Source: Bacteroidales bacterium (GTDB lineage: Bacteria; Bacteroidota; Bacteroidia; Bacteroidales; TTA-H9). Taken from it: a DNA stretch of 64,000 bases. The first letter of the stretch is position 1. Each line of letters begins with the position of its first letter. The notes beneath the pieces are model-generated. The model had not been told where the DNA came from. It saw only the letters and a program-made list of their open reading frames with translations, and did not search any database. The position numbers were made by a program, and so were the translations under genes. The DNA is taken from NCBI GenBank assembly GCA_030656615.1, contig JAUSOY010000056.1, forward strand, positions 50 to 64,049, read 5' to 3'. This document shows positions 27,604-39,900 of this stretch, in pieces.

Positions 27604-28311
27604 TTAAGGATTAGACAGAGAAAGAGGAACAATAACCCCATTTAACACTGTATGAGAATTGAGTCCGAAATCCATAATAAATGAAGCCATTTCAGCAGGT
27701 GTTACCGGTGCTTTATAACCCGGAAAGGCCGTTGTAAGCATTTCTGTTTGTACAGCACCTAAACACAAACAATTTACAGATATTCCCTTGGGTTTCAATT
27801 CTAAGGCCAGACATTCGGTAAGTATCGCCAATGCACCTTTTGATGCGGAATATGCGGAAAGTCCGGCATATTTTTGTGATCCCTGAAAGCCTCCCATTGA
27901 TGATACATTCACAATATGGCTGTTTTTATCCATTAGTGGCAAAACCTTCTTAATCAAAAAATATGGGATTTTTAAATTTACCTTCATCGTTTCATCAAAC
28001 TGATCCTCCGTCGTATTCTCAAATGCAGAATAATAAAGCAGGCCGGCATTATTTACCAGCAGTATTGGACCTTTTGGGAAAAAATCTGAAATTGTTTTAA
28101 TCAAAAATGGATACTCACTAAAATCAGACAAATCGAATCCCAATCGAAGACAATTTCTATTCTCTGTTTTTTCCGAAAAGGTATCCGGTTCATTAGAGAA
28201 ACTCCGCGCAATACCGCAAACAAAATAGCCTTCAGCGTTTGAAAATTTTTCGAATAGGGCTTGTCCAATTCCTCGGCTGGCACCAGTAATCAAGATATTT
28301 TTAATTTCCAT
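27604..28311 (-). CDS. Short-chain dehydrogenase/reductase (SDR) family oxidoreductase
   Basis: ITGASRGIGQAL is the cofactor-binding motif, and YSASKGAL is the catalytic YxxxK. Confidence 0.85.
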   Translation of the reverse strand: MEIKNILITGASRGIGQALFEKFSNAEGYFVCGIARSFSNEPDTFSEKTENRNCLRLGFDLSDFSEYPFLIKTISDFFPKGPILLVNNAGLLYYSAFENTTEDQFDETMKVNLKIPYFLIKKVLPLMDKNSHIVNVSSMGGFQGSQKYAGLSAYSASKGALAILTECLALELKPKGISVNCLCLGAVQTEMLTTAFPGYKAPVTPAEMASFIMDFGLNSHTVLNGVIVPLSLSNP

Positions 28312-28389
28312 AGGAAAACATAATTGAATAGAAACTATCGTACAAAAGAGAACTCTAATATTTGAAGTGAATGAACGATTATAAAACTT

Positions 28390-30771
28390 TTAACGGCTTG
28401 GTAAGAAAAAACTAAAAGTACTTCCTTTTCCATCAACGGATTCTACCCATATTTCTCCATTAAGACGTTTTATAAAATCATGACATAAAAGTAATCCCAG
28501 ACCGGTACCTTTTTCATCACGAGTACCAATTTTTAAAACCTTCATGTCAATTCTGAATAGCGCTGATATTTCCTCGCTTGTCATTCCAATGCCATCATCT
28601 TTAACTGAGACAATAACGCGATCGGCATTATTATCCGGCTTGGCTTGAATAAATACAGAGGAACCCGGATGACTGAACTTAATGGCATTTGATATTAAAT
28701 TCCTAAGAATCGTCTTTACAATATTTTCGTCACCCACAACAATGGTGTTGAATGGAACATCTGAAATCAAACGGATACTCTTTGAATCGGCCAGATGGCG
28801 ATGCAATAAAATTGCATCATTAACGTACACACTTAAATCGAGCCTATCGTGTTCTATATGAATATGATCCAATTGCAGCCTTGACCAATCAAGTAAATTT
28901 TGAATCAGTCGGAAAGTATTATCTGAAGCCTCGAAAATATTCTTAATATATCTTTTTCTCTCTTCGTCAGAAAATTCTTCATATTCATGAAAAAGTAATT
29001 CACTAAACCCAAGGATGGCATTGAACGGACTTTTTAAGTCATGTGCAATGATGCTAAAAAAACGATCTTTTGAATAATTTAATTCTTTAAGAAGATTTTC
29101 AGACTTCATTAATCGGTCCAAAGTTTCGTTTTTGTCCGTAACATCATGATGAGAAGCGAAAATAACCTTCTGGTTTTTATAATGAAGTACAGCGCCAGAT
29201 GTTAGTACCCAATATTTTCTGGTTCCTGCAAAGTTTTGCATATGCATTTCAAAATCAGTCACCATGCCGTCCTTTTTGAGTTGTTCCACCCACTGGATCC
29301 GAAGATCGGGAGTAACCCAAAATTTTGTAGCAACCTGCTTTTCCATGACATCCTCAATACTACACTGGTACATCTTTAATGAACGAGCATTAGCATATAA
29401 CAAAACGCCTTCAAACGTGTATATACTAACGGCAAAAGGGGCTGAATCGACCAATTTATGAAATGAAGCTTCACTCTGTTCCAGCGCAAGATTAATATTG
29501 CGGGTTTCTGTAACATCCTGTCCGATTCCAACTAGACCAATAATTTGATTATCCGCATCATGCAATGGAACTTTCGAAGTAAGTATTATGCGTTCACTTC
29601 CATCAGGTTGCAAACGAATTTCTTCGCGATGCATTAATGAAATTCCTTCTTCGATGACTTTTCTATCGTCCTCCATGAAAAGACGGGAGTTTTCAACATC
29701 ATAAAAATCGGCATCTGTTTTACCAAGAACATCGGTTTCGTTCATGGCATTCATATGCATCAAATCATGCTTATTGGTTAATATTTTACGACCATCCGTA
29801 TCTTTAGCGTATACGGCAATGGGAATATTATCAAGAACAACCCTCAGCAAAGCACGATCTCTGCTTATTTCATTATTAATAGTCTGATTATGAGAAATAT
29901 CATTAATATTTATACATACTGCATGAGCTGTTCCATCATCCAAAACCGGATTAAATTCCCATTTTAACCAAATCTCAGACCCGTTAGTCAAAGGATGACA
30001 GTACCGACATACAACAGAACTCTGTTTTTGAAGGCACTTTTTATATGATTTTGAGAATTCTGGAAAAATAACATCGAGACCTGAAAAATCCAACTTCATA
30101 TTTAACTCGATATGAAAGTTGAAGTTCGCATAAAAAACTTTCGATGATTTACTATTTGCAATAAGTACATTTTGATGAAGATCAATCAGGATGATGCACT
30201 GATCAATAGATTCAACGATTCCATACAGGTTTTTCTGCAGTTCTCTATGTGTTTCTTCCACTTTTATTTTAGCAAAAGCACTTTGTTTTTTTTCGGTGAT
30301 ATCGGTAATAAAACCTTCCAGAGCTAATAGGTTGTCGTTATCATCAAAAACCCCACAACCTTTTTCCCACACCCATTTTATTTCACCGGAAGCTGTTCGT
30401 ATCTGATATTCGCCTTCAAAAAACTTTCTTTCCTTTAATAATGATTGCCATTTTTCCCATAAATCGTCACGATACTCGTCCAGAATTAAATCATTGAAAG
30501 CAGCTTTTCTATTATCGATTAAGTCGGATGCATTATAACCTGTTAAATCATAACATCCCTTACTTACAAACTCCATTGTCCATTGATAATCATTTCTGCA
30601 TCGGTACGCCATACCGGGCAGGTTACTCAATAATAGCTCGTAATATCGTTCTTTCTCAGATGATTGATTGTTTTGATTTTCTCCCCCGGAGTATCCTCCC
30701 CCAATCGATCGAATATCCAGATATTGAATTCCAGACGATAAAATTGCTGATATTATTTTCTTTATGGTCAT
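28390..30771 (-). CDS. Cytoplasmic multi-PAS sensor histidine kinase (no response regulator nearby)
   Basis: 793 aa with no TM segment. Several PAS-like segments are present. The H-box is FFSIIAHDLKSPFNAILGFSELL, the N-box is RNLISNAIKFS, and the G-boxes are DDGIGM and GTGLGLLLC. Confidence 0.85.
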   Translation of the reverse strand: MTIKKIISAILSSGIQYLDIRSIGGGYSGGENQNNQSSEKERYYELLLSNLPGMAYRCRNDYQWTMEFVSKGCYDLTGYNASDLIDNRKAAFNDLILDEYRDDLWEKWQSLLKERKFFEGEYQIRTASGEIKWVWEKGCGVFDDNDNLLALEGFITDITEKKQSAFAKIKVEETHRELQKNLYGIVESIDQCIILIDLHQNVLIANSKSSKVFYANFNFHIELNMKLDFSGLDVIFPEFSKSYKKCLQKQSSVVCRYCHPLTNGSEIWLKWEFNPVLDDGTAHAVCININDISHNQTINNEISRDRALLRVVLDNIPIAVYAKDTDGRKILTNKHDLMHMNAMNETDVLGKTDADFYDVENSRLFMEDDRKVIEEGISLMHREEIRLQPDGSERIILTSKVPLHDADNQIIGLVGIGQDVTETRNINLALEQSEASFHKLVDSAPFAVSIYTFEGVLLYANARSLKMYQCSIEDVMEKQVATKFWVTPDLRIQWVEQLKKDGMVTDFEMHMQNFAGTRKYWVLTSGAVLHYKNQKVIFASHHDVTDKNETLDRLMKSENLLKELNYSKDRFFSIIAHDLKSPFNAILGFSELLFHEYEEFSDEERKRYIKNIFEASDNTFRLIQNLLDWSRLQLDHIHIEHDRLDLSVYVNDAILLHRHLADSKSIRLISDVPFNTIVVGDENIVKTILRNLISNAIKFSHPGSSVFIQAKPDNNADRVIVSVKDDGIGMTSEEISALFRIDMKVLKIGTRDEKGTGLGLLLCHDFIKRLNGEIWVESVDGKGSTFSFFLPSR

Positions 30772-30836
30772 GTATTGATATAACGTTTTTCGTACAAGGT
30801 ATAAAAGTACAAATCCATTTTGAAATTAAAAATTTC

Positions 30837-30844
30837 TATTTTTG
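30837..30844 (+). promoter_or_regulatory. Candidate promoter of the giant gene: -7 box TATTTTTG with a TTTG at 30819-30822
   Basis: Exact TAnnTTTG match with an upstream TTTG separated by 14 nt. It lies about 150 nt upstream of the ATG at 30993. Confidence 0.3.
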
Positions 30845-30992
30845 TCCGAAATTTGGAATGTTTTCCAAAAAATAACGAACTTTTGTTAAAATATTACGTA
30901 AACCCTTATTATTAAGGATTAACAATACAACGTAATGATTGTTAATTATGTCAGAATTATAAGGTGATTATTCAACAAAAAATTAGCGCCAA

Positions 30993-33900
30993 ATGGGAAT
31001 TCGAATTCAAAGGTATATTTATAGAATAGCGGGATTTATTCTGTTATCAATGAGTATTGGTCAAATTCAGGCGCAAACTACTCTTTATTGGGTTGGTGGG
31101 CAAGGAGAGTGGCAAAATACCTTGCATTGGGCAACTGCCTCCGGTGGAAGCACCCATCCGGCGACTCCTCCTGGGATTACTGATCATGTTACTTTCGACG
31201 ATAATTCCTTTTCGGATGGTGATACGGTTTTTGTATATAATTCAAATGCAGTATCAAATAATATGATTTGGAACACCACAAAATTTGTTACATTTTTTGC
31301 GACAAAACCGGTAATTATATACGGTAATCTGCAGTTAGCAGCCACAATGACTAATTTTTTATCGGGAGGACTACTTTTTTCTTCAACAACAACAGGGAAT
31401 CAAATTATAACGAATAATGTTGAAATAGCTGGTGCAGTACACTTTGATGGGATCGGCGGTTCATGGACATTACAGGGGGATTTTAATGTATTTTTTCAAA
31501 TTAACTTAAATGCAGGCACATTAAATACGAATGGGTATCTAATAAGCTGTATGCATTTCTATTCGGTTACAAACTTTAACCGTACCCTCAACATTGGGAA
31601 TTCAATATTTACCATTTATTTACAATCGCCTTCAGGTGGTTTCTCATGGAATATAGAGAACTCCTCTAGCTTTACTTTAATTGCTGGAGGCACCTCACAG
31701 ATCAATTTTACCAGTTCGTCACTTTCGCGAATGCGTGCCGGTGATAATCTTACCTATGATAACATAACATTCTACGGAGCTGGAACGCTTCATACAACAA
31801 ATTCGTCCTTTAAAAATGTGATATTTGGTTTACTCAAAACTCTTAATGCTGGTAATTCATATTCTGGGAATCTTGGTGAAGTAGTGGCATTAGCATACAA
31901 GAATACATTTAACAATGTCACTTTTTATGACCATGGTACGATCAATGGTTACAGAAATACCGTTAACCAGATTACAGAATTCAGAGGTAACGGAAGCATT
32001 TTAAAAGGTTCCAATAACCTGGGACACCTTAATCAATATCGCTATTATGGGTACCTGGGTTCAACGAATCCAAATAAACTCACGCTTCAAAATGACAGCA
32101 CTCAGACCATGTCTGCACTTTCATTGATTGGAGCTATTCTTTGTCAGCATACAGTGATAACTTCCAGCAGTACTTCTCCAGGATTACATGCCCACATATT
32201 CACGCCAAATCCAATTTCATTACAATATGTTGATTTAAGATATATCAAAGGTAAAAACATCCCTGACCCAAATGCATTAGGTATCGCTCCGGATACAGCA
32301 GTTAATTCATTGAATACAAATAACATTAACTGGGTATTTCCCGATAATTACAAAATACCAGTTATTGATAGCCTACAGATTACTAATGTTTCGCCATGCC
32401 ACAATAACAACAACGGTCAAATAAAAGTATATGCAAGTGGTGGAATGACAGGTAGTACATTCCAGTATAATTTAACTGGCCCTGTATCATATACCTGGCA
32501 GACAAGTTCACTATTTATCAATTTGCCAAAAGGCACATATCAGGTGCAAATTCGAGAAAGTAGGGGAACTCCCCCAAGCACCTTAATTTGCTTCACAAGT
32601 AGTGTAACTCAGGCAATAATTTCCGGACCAAATCCCATCACTATTTCATCCATTTCAACCATAAATCCCACTTGTGCAGATAGTTGTAATGCAAGTTTAA
32701 CTATTCATGCCAGGGGAGGAACTAAACCACTCAGATATTCCATAAATTGGAATTTTGCAACTGGTTCCGGAACATTCCAAACGGACAGCGTCTTTAGAAA
32801 AAGATGTGCGGGCACCTACAGCAATATTATGGTAAGAGATGTTACTGGTTGCTATTATAATGGACAGCAGCTAGTGAAGGTAATCACAGCACCACCACTA
32901 ATCGTCATAGGGGCTGTTTCATCATCCAATATCACTTGCAACAGCTTAACCGATGGAACTATAAACATAAGCGCTTCGGGAGGTACTGGAGCACTAACCT
33001 ATACTTTAAACCCCGGCAGTATTATCAATAGTAGCGGAATTTTTACCGGATTAAGTGCAAACACATACACGATTACCGTTACTGATGCAAACTCATGCCC
33101 TAAATATTCGAATCCAATAACCATAGTTAATCCACCGGCATTACAAATAACTTCAGAAATTGCATTTGCGGTAAGCTGCAATAACGGCAATGACGGAAGG
33201 ATTGAGGTTTTGACAACGGGTGGAACCGGACAAAGAACTTTTAAACTTATGCCGGCAGGTACAACCAATACCACCGGAATCTTTACGGGTTTAGCTTCAG
33301 GTTCATATTATATTGTTGTTACGGACATAAATCTGTGTTCCCTAACCGGCTCAACTTTAACGGTAAATAATCCTCCCGTCATTCAGATTACGTCATCGAC
33401 GTTCACTAATGTCACCTGCAATAATCAAAATAACGGAAGCATTACCATTCAGGCTTCTGGAGGAACAGGAATTTTAAACTTTATATTAAATCCCCCAGCC
33501 ATATCCTCAAGCACCGGTAATTTCACTAACCTGGCCGCTGGCAATTATACCGTGGTGATAACGGATGAAAAAAATTGTAGCATTACTTCGACACTCATTA
33601 GCATTACAAATCCTTCCGCAATAATTCTAACGTCTATTCAGGACAGTGTTAATTGTCCGGGTGGAAATGATGGTTGTGCAGTCATTCAAGCCAGTGGAGG
33701 TATTCCTCCGTATACTTATTTGTGGAATTCAGTTACGCCCAATGTTGCCAACGACACAATGTGTAATTTGCCGGCCGGCGTTTACACGGTTGTAGCAACC
33801 GATGCAAATAATTGCAACACCAATGGATTTGTCCAGGTACTACAACCCGATCCTCTTGTGATAGATTTTTCATCGGGAGCCTTTCCAAATCCAAGTCCTC

Positions 33901-36900
33901 CACCCGATTATCTATATTTTGCGAGTGCTAGTCCATCTGGTGGTACAGGCCCATACACCCATTTATGGGAAACCGGTGCAACAACTGCTATAATTACTAA
34001 TCTTCCGGAGGGAGTTTATACGGATACCATTACTGATGCCCACGGTTGCCGAATATATGATTCTGTATTTTTACAAGCCCTCGATTGCCAGATTGTAGCT
34101 TTTCGCAATGTATTATGCAATGGAGGAAATTCAGGCTGGGCTCTAGTCAGCGGAATTGGTGGGAATACACCATATCAGTATAGCTGGCGTAGGGAAGGTA
34201 ACGCTACAATTATTGGCAGCAATGCCTTTATAAACAATTTATCGGTAGGCGATTACGAAGTTACCATTACTGACGACAACCTGATTTCATCCATTTGTTC
34301 AGTCAGTATAACCGAGCCCTCTGAACTGATTGTCAGCATTGTTACCACACCTCCCCTGTGCTTTGGTGGGTTAGGCAACCTTCTTGGAAACGCAACCGGC
34401 GGAACTCCATGGCTATCAACAACCCATCCAAGACCATACAATTATCTATGGAATAACTTACAAACCAGCCCATCAATTAATGTCATAGCCGGCAATTATC
34501 AATTAATTGTTACCGATAGTTTGGGATGTACAGATACTATGTCTGTAACGCTTTCACAACCACCACAATTGCTGGTTCAAAGTCTGAATGTTACTCATGT
34601 CTCGTGCAATGGATTTAATGATGGTCAGGTTCAATGTATTTCAACAGGAGGAAGTGGAACCATTAGTTATACTTTAAACCCTGGAGCTATTGTAAACACC
34701 ACGGGTACATTCACTGATTTATCACCGGGGACGTATAGCATTGCATTGGAAGATATTAACAGTTGCAGCACAACATCAAATTCATTTACAATAATTGATC
34801 CTCCAGCGCTGTCAATAAATTCCATTAACACAACTCAGATAAGCTGCAATGGATCTAACAACGGAAGCATCCAGATCAATGGAAGTGGTGGAACAGGTCA
34901 GTTAAACTATACATTGAATCCTGATGCCATCATCAATCAAAGCGGATTGTTCAGTAATCTTGCTCCCGGAGTTTATACGATAACCATCAGCGATCAAAAC
35001 GCCTGTAATATTACCAGCTCTACTATTACAATTATTGATCCGCCAGCACTCAGTATTTTAACATCATCATCCAGCAATATCAGTTGTAATAATGCCAATG
35101 ACGGAAGTATAAGTATTCAAGCAAACGGCGGAATGGGAACAATTTCCTACACCCTTATCCCTGGAAATATTACGAATACAAGTGGTATATTTAATGGATT
35201 GATTGCCGGGACGTATCTTGTTGCAATTACGGATGCAAATTCCTGCACATTAAACAGTGGCAATTTTACTATTATTAATCCATCAACTTTAACCATCACT
35301 TCGGCAAGTTCAACCAATATGAGCTGTCATAATATTGTGGACGGAAGCATTAGTATTACTGCCAATGGAGGCACGGGAACATTAACATATATCCTTCTGC
35401 CTAACAACATCAATAACCTGACTGGCCAATTTAACGGACTCAATGCAGGAACTTATACCGTTGAAATTAAGGATATCAATCTTTGCAACCTGAGTAGTCA
35501 GCCATTTACCATTATTAATCCTGAGGTAATTTCCATTACAGGGCAAAACAGTACAAATCTCTCCTGTTTTAACTCCAATAATGGAACGATCACAATTACA
35601 GCAAGCGGAGGAACCTCACCTCTTCAGTTTTTCTTAAATCCCGGAAATATTTTAAGTACAACGGGAATTTATTCTAACCTATCACCAGGTAATTATTCTA
35701 TAATAGTTACGGATATCAATAATTGTCCATTTGCCTCCACACCTACTATTACCATAGCGAATCCGTCGGCATTGGTAATAAATTCTGAAAGCTACACACA
35801 GATAAGTTGCAGAAATGCTGCGGATGGTAGTATTAATGTAAGTGCCAGTGGAGGTACTGGTACGCTGTCCTATACATTGAATCCCGGGAATATTGTAAAT
35901 TCTACAGGCAGTTATTCAGGTTTATCTGAGGGAACATATACGGTTACTGTAACCGACGCTAATAATTGTCAAATTTCCAGTAGCAGTTTTGTTCTTATCA
36001 ATCCTTCCGCTATCTCCACCACCAATATCAACAAAGTCAATCCTACGTGTTTTGGTTTTTCAAATGGAAGCATTTCCATAACGGCATCCGGTGGTACAGG
36101 AAGCCTGCAATACAGTATCGATGGAGGAACAACGTATCAAACATCCTCCACTTTCAATAATCTACCCATTGGTTTCTATAACGTATATGTTAAAGATGCA
36201 AATGATTGCGTTGGTGTTTACAATCTAAATCCAATTCAACTGATTCAACCCACCCTCTTAAGCCTTGGGTTCAGCAGCATAGACCCAAGTTGTAACGGTT
36301 GTTCAGACGGGCAAATTACTGCACTTCCGAGTGGAGGTACTTTTCCCTATACACATAGCTGGAATACAGGCTCATCCAGCTCACTCATTACCGGACTCAG
36401 CGCGGGCATCTACTATGTTGATACCTTGCGCGATGCCAATTTATGCATTGTTATCGACAGCATTGTGCTCACTGAACCCGACGTATTTATTCATTCGATA
36501 GATTCGGCGAATATCAGTTGCCCGGGAGGCTCGAACGGAAATATTACCATTCATGTAAGTGGTGGAAATAAACCATATTTATATCAGTGGAAAAAACTGC
36601 CCTCTGCAGCCATTATAGGAACCGATTCAACAGTCATCAACCAATCCGCTGGTTCTTTTACTATTCAGGTAACGGATGCGTTAGGGTATATGTTGCATGA
36701 TACCATTTCCCTTACTCAGCCATCTCCATTTCTTGTTGATTTTACTCAGAGTTTCGATTCGGTTTGTCCGGGCACCAACAATGCATGGATTACAGCCAAC
36801 GTAAGTGGTGGAACCCCCGGTTATTCATATATCTGGAGTTCCGGAAACAGTATCCCTGCCCGCCCCGATTCAATTTTTAATCTGACCGCCGGAACTTATA

Positions 36901-39900
36901 ATCTCAGCATTACTGATCAAAATGCCTGTGTGTTCAATACCTCTGCTACCATTTATAATTATATAAATCCAACAGCTTCATTTACAATAAATCAGGCCTG
37001 TTTAGGTAACCCAAGTCTATTTACCAACACTTCAACATCCACCAACTCAAGCATCCTTAACTGGACCTATCAATTTGGAAACGGAGATTTCATCACGGTG
37101 AACTCACCACAAAGCCCAAATGTATCCTACGTTTATCCACTTCCGGGTGTTTACACAGCCAGTCTGACGGTTACCGACAGCCACGGTTGCTCCTCGTCTG
37201 TTTTTACACAAAGTGTAACCGTAAATAGCATACCTGCGGCAGCTTTTACTTTTGATACGGTTTGTTATCTTACCTCAACCCATTTTACCGATCAAAGCAC
37301 AACCTTGGCTGGCGCCATTACATCATGGGTATGGAATTTCGGAGATGGAACTTCCGCACTGCAGAATCCTCTACATATTTTCAGCAGTTTTGGCTCACAA
37401 AGTGTTCAATTAAAGGTGACGGATAATATTGGATGTACCGATTCAATAACCCAAATTGTTCTTGTTGATACTTTACCGCAAGCAAACTTCTCATATACCG
37501 ATAATTGCACCGGCAACACTGTCAGTTTCACCGACCTAAGTCAAGCCAACGCTACTTCCATCCTATCTTGGAACTGGAATTTTGGGGATGGATATTCATC
37601 AACACTACAAAACCCACAGCATTCCTATGTCAATTTCAGCATCCCTTACAATGTAATGCTTACAGTTACTAACTCCAACGGATGCAACCATCAAATTACT
37701 CAAAGTGTTCAACCAGGAACGCCCATTGGTGCTAATTTCACATTTAACATCACTTGTTTAGGAGGCTTTACACAATTTAATGCCATATCCACTCTTAGCA
37801 GTGTTGACATTCAATCGGTTAACTGGTATTTTGGCGATGGTAACTCAGGCAGCGGCATAAGCCCTGTCCACACATATTCTTCAGCCGGAATTTATAGTGT
37901 TACAATGATTTTGACGAGTACCTTGGGTTGTACGCAAACCATCTCCAAACTGGTTACTGTCAATCCAAATCCATTATCAAACTTTTTGGCAAGTACAGCT
38001 TGTCTTGGCAGTGCTACCCAATTCACAGACCTCTCATTTAGTCCTCTGAGTACCGTTACCCAGTGGCTATGGGATTTCGGCAATGGTAACACTTCCATTC
38101 TACAACATCCCAGTTTTACATTTACGACTTCTGGACCACATCCGGTGAGTTTACGCGTTTGGGACGTCAATGGGTGTACGGGTATTAGCACACAAAATAT
38201 TACGGTTAATCCTTTACCACTTGCATCGTTTAGCTCAGGAAACAGTTGTTCCGGTTCTCAGACCCCGTTCACTGATAATTCTCTGGCTAATGGTGGAATT
38301 ATCAACCAGTGGCTATGGGATTTTGGCGATGGTGGTTTTTCAAGTTTGCAAAACCCAATGCACACGTACGCAACAAATGGAAATTATCTGGTTACTCTAC
38401 AAGTTTGGAACAGCAACTCCTGTTCGGATGACACAACGAAACTGATTACGGTCAATCCGCTACCAATCGCCGATTTTACTTTTGATACAGCCTGTGTTGG
38501 CTTACCAACCACTTTTACAGATCTTTCTCAGGGAGTAAGTGCAGGACTCAGCTCATGGCATTGGAAATTCGGTGATGGCTCTACTTCTGTTCTTCAAAAC
38601 CCAACCCACACATACACAAATCCTGGTATTTACAATGTCAGGCTTTTGGTTGGAAACCTTCTTGGTTGCGCTGACAGTATAATATATAGTGTTCTGGTTA
38701 ATCCTCTTCCGACATCTCAGTTTACCTATTCGCAAGCTTGTATGGGCCAAACGACCTTTTTTACCGATTTATCAAATGGAAATGGAGGTTCAATACAAAG
38801 TTGGTTATGGGATTTTGGTGATGGAAACACATCCACACTTCAAAATCCGACCCATCAATTTCTGCTACCCGGAACGTATTTAGTAAGTCTGAGTGTAACG
38901 AATTCGAACGCATGTCTAAATATAACGACCATGGCCGTTATTGTTGATGAAAAACCAACCGCATCCTTTACCCACACGCCCCCTTGTCTTGGAACACCAA
39001 CTGTATTTACGGATCAATCAACGGCAGGAAGTGGTAGCATAACACAATGGACATGGATTATCGATGGCAGTTGGACATCCAATCTTCAAAACCCTGTTTT
39101 CTCATTCATTTCTGCTGGAAATCATTCTGTAAGTCTTATTGTACAGAATTCGAATGGATGTAATGATACCATCACCGAAATCCTTTTTGTAGAAGAATAT
39201 CCGGTAGCTGCCTTTACCTGGTCGGCCGGTTGTGCTGGTTTACCGGTTCAATTTACGGATATGTCAAATCCTACTAGCACCTCCATTTCTACTTGGGTAT
39301 GGAACTTTGGTGATGGAAACAGCAGCACTTTACAAAATCCTCAACACACATATACTCAAGGTGGTATTTTTAATGTCAGTTTAATAGTGACAAAACCCGG
39401 AGGCTGCTCCAATAGCATAAGTCTTCCTGTTACGGTTGATTCCATTCCTGTGGCAAATTTCACACACGATACAGCATGTTCTGGTTTACCAACACAATTT
39501 ACCGACATTTCTCAGACTTATGGTAGTGCCATAGTTAGTTGGTCATGGGATTTTGGTGACCCAACAACAGGTGTCAACAATATCTCCAGCCTGCAAAACC
39601 CTGTACATTTCTTCAGTATTCCCGGAACATTTACTGTTCAGATGATTGTTGAAAACATGAATGGATGTACCGATATCATCCTCAAAACCATCAATATATT
39701 TCCAGGACCGCTTGCTGATTTCAGCTTTGATACTGCCTGTTTTGGATCGCCAACACATTTCACAGATATGACTACCTCCGCGGGTAATATTATCAGTTGG
39801 TCTTGGGATTTCGGAGCAGGACTCACCTCACTTGTTCAAAATCCAACTCAAATACTGCCCATCACGGGAAACAATTCTGTAAACCTGAGTATTCAAAATA

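Noticed and set aside
30918-30946. A 9-bp hairpin (attaacaat / attgttaat) in the 5-prime region of the giant gene, considered as a possible invertible-promoter or riboregulatory element.
   Set aside because: The stem is short and made only of A and T in an AT-rich region. No flanking longer inverted repeats and no recombinase gene are present, so it is consistent with chance.
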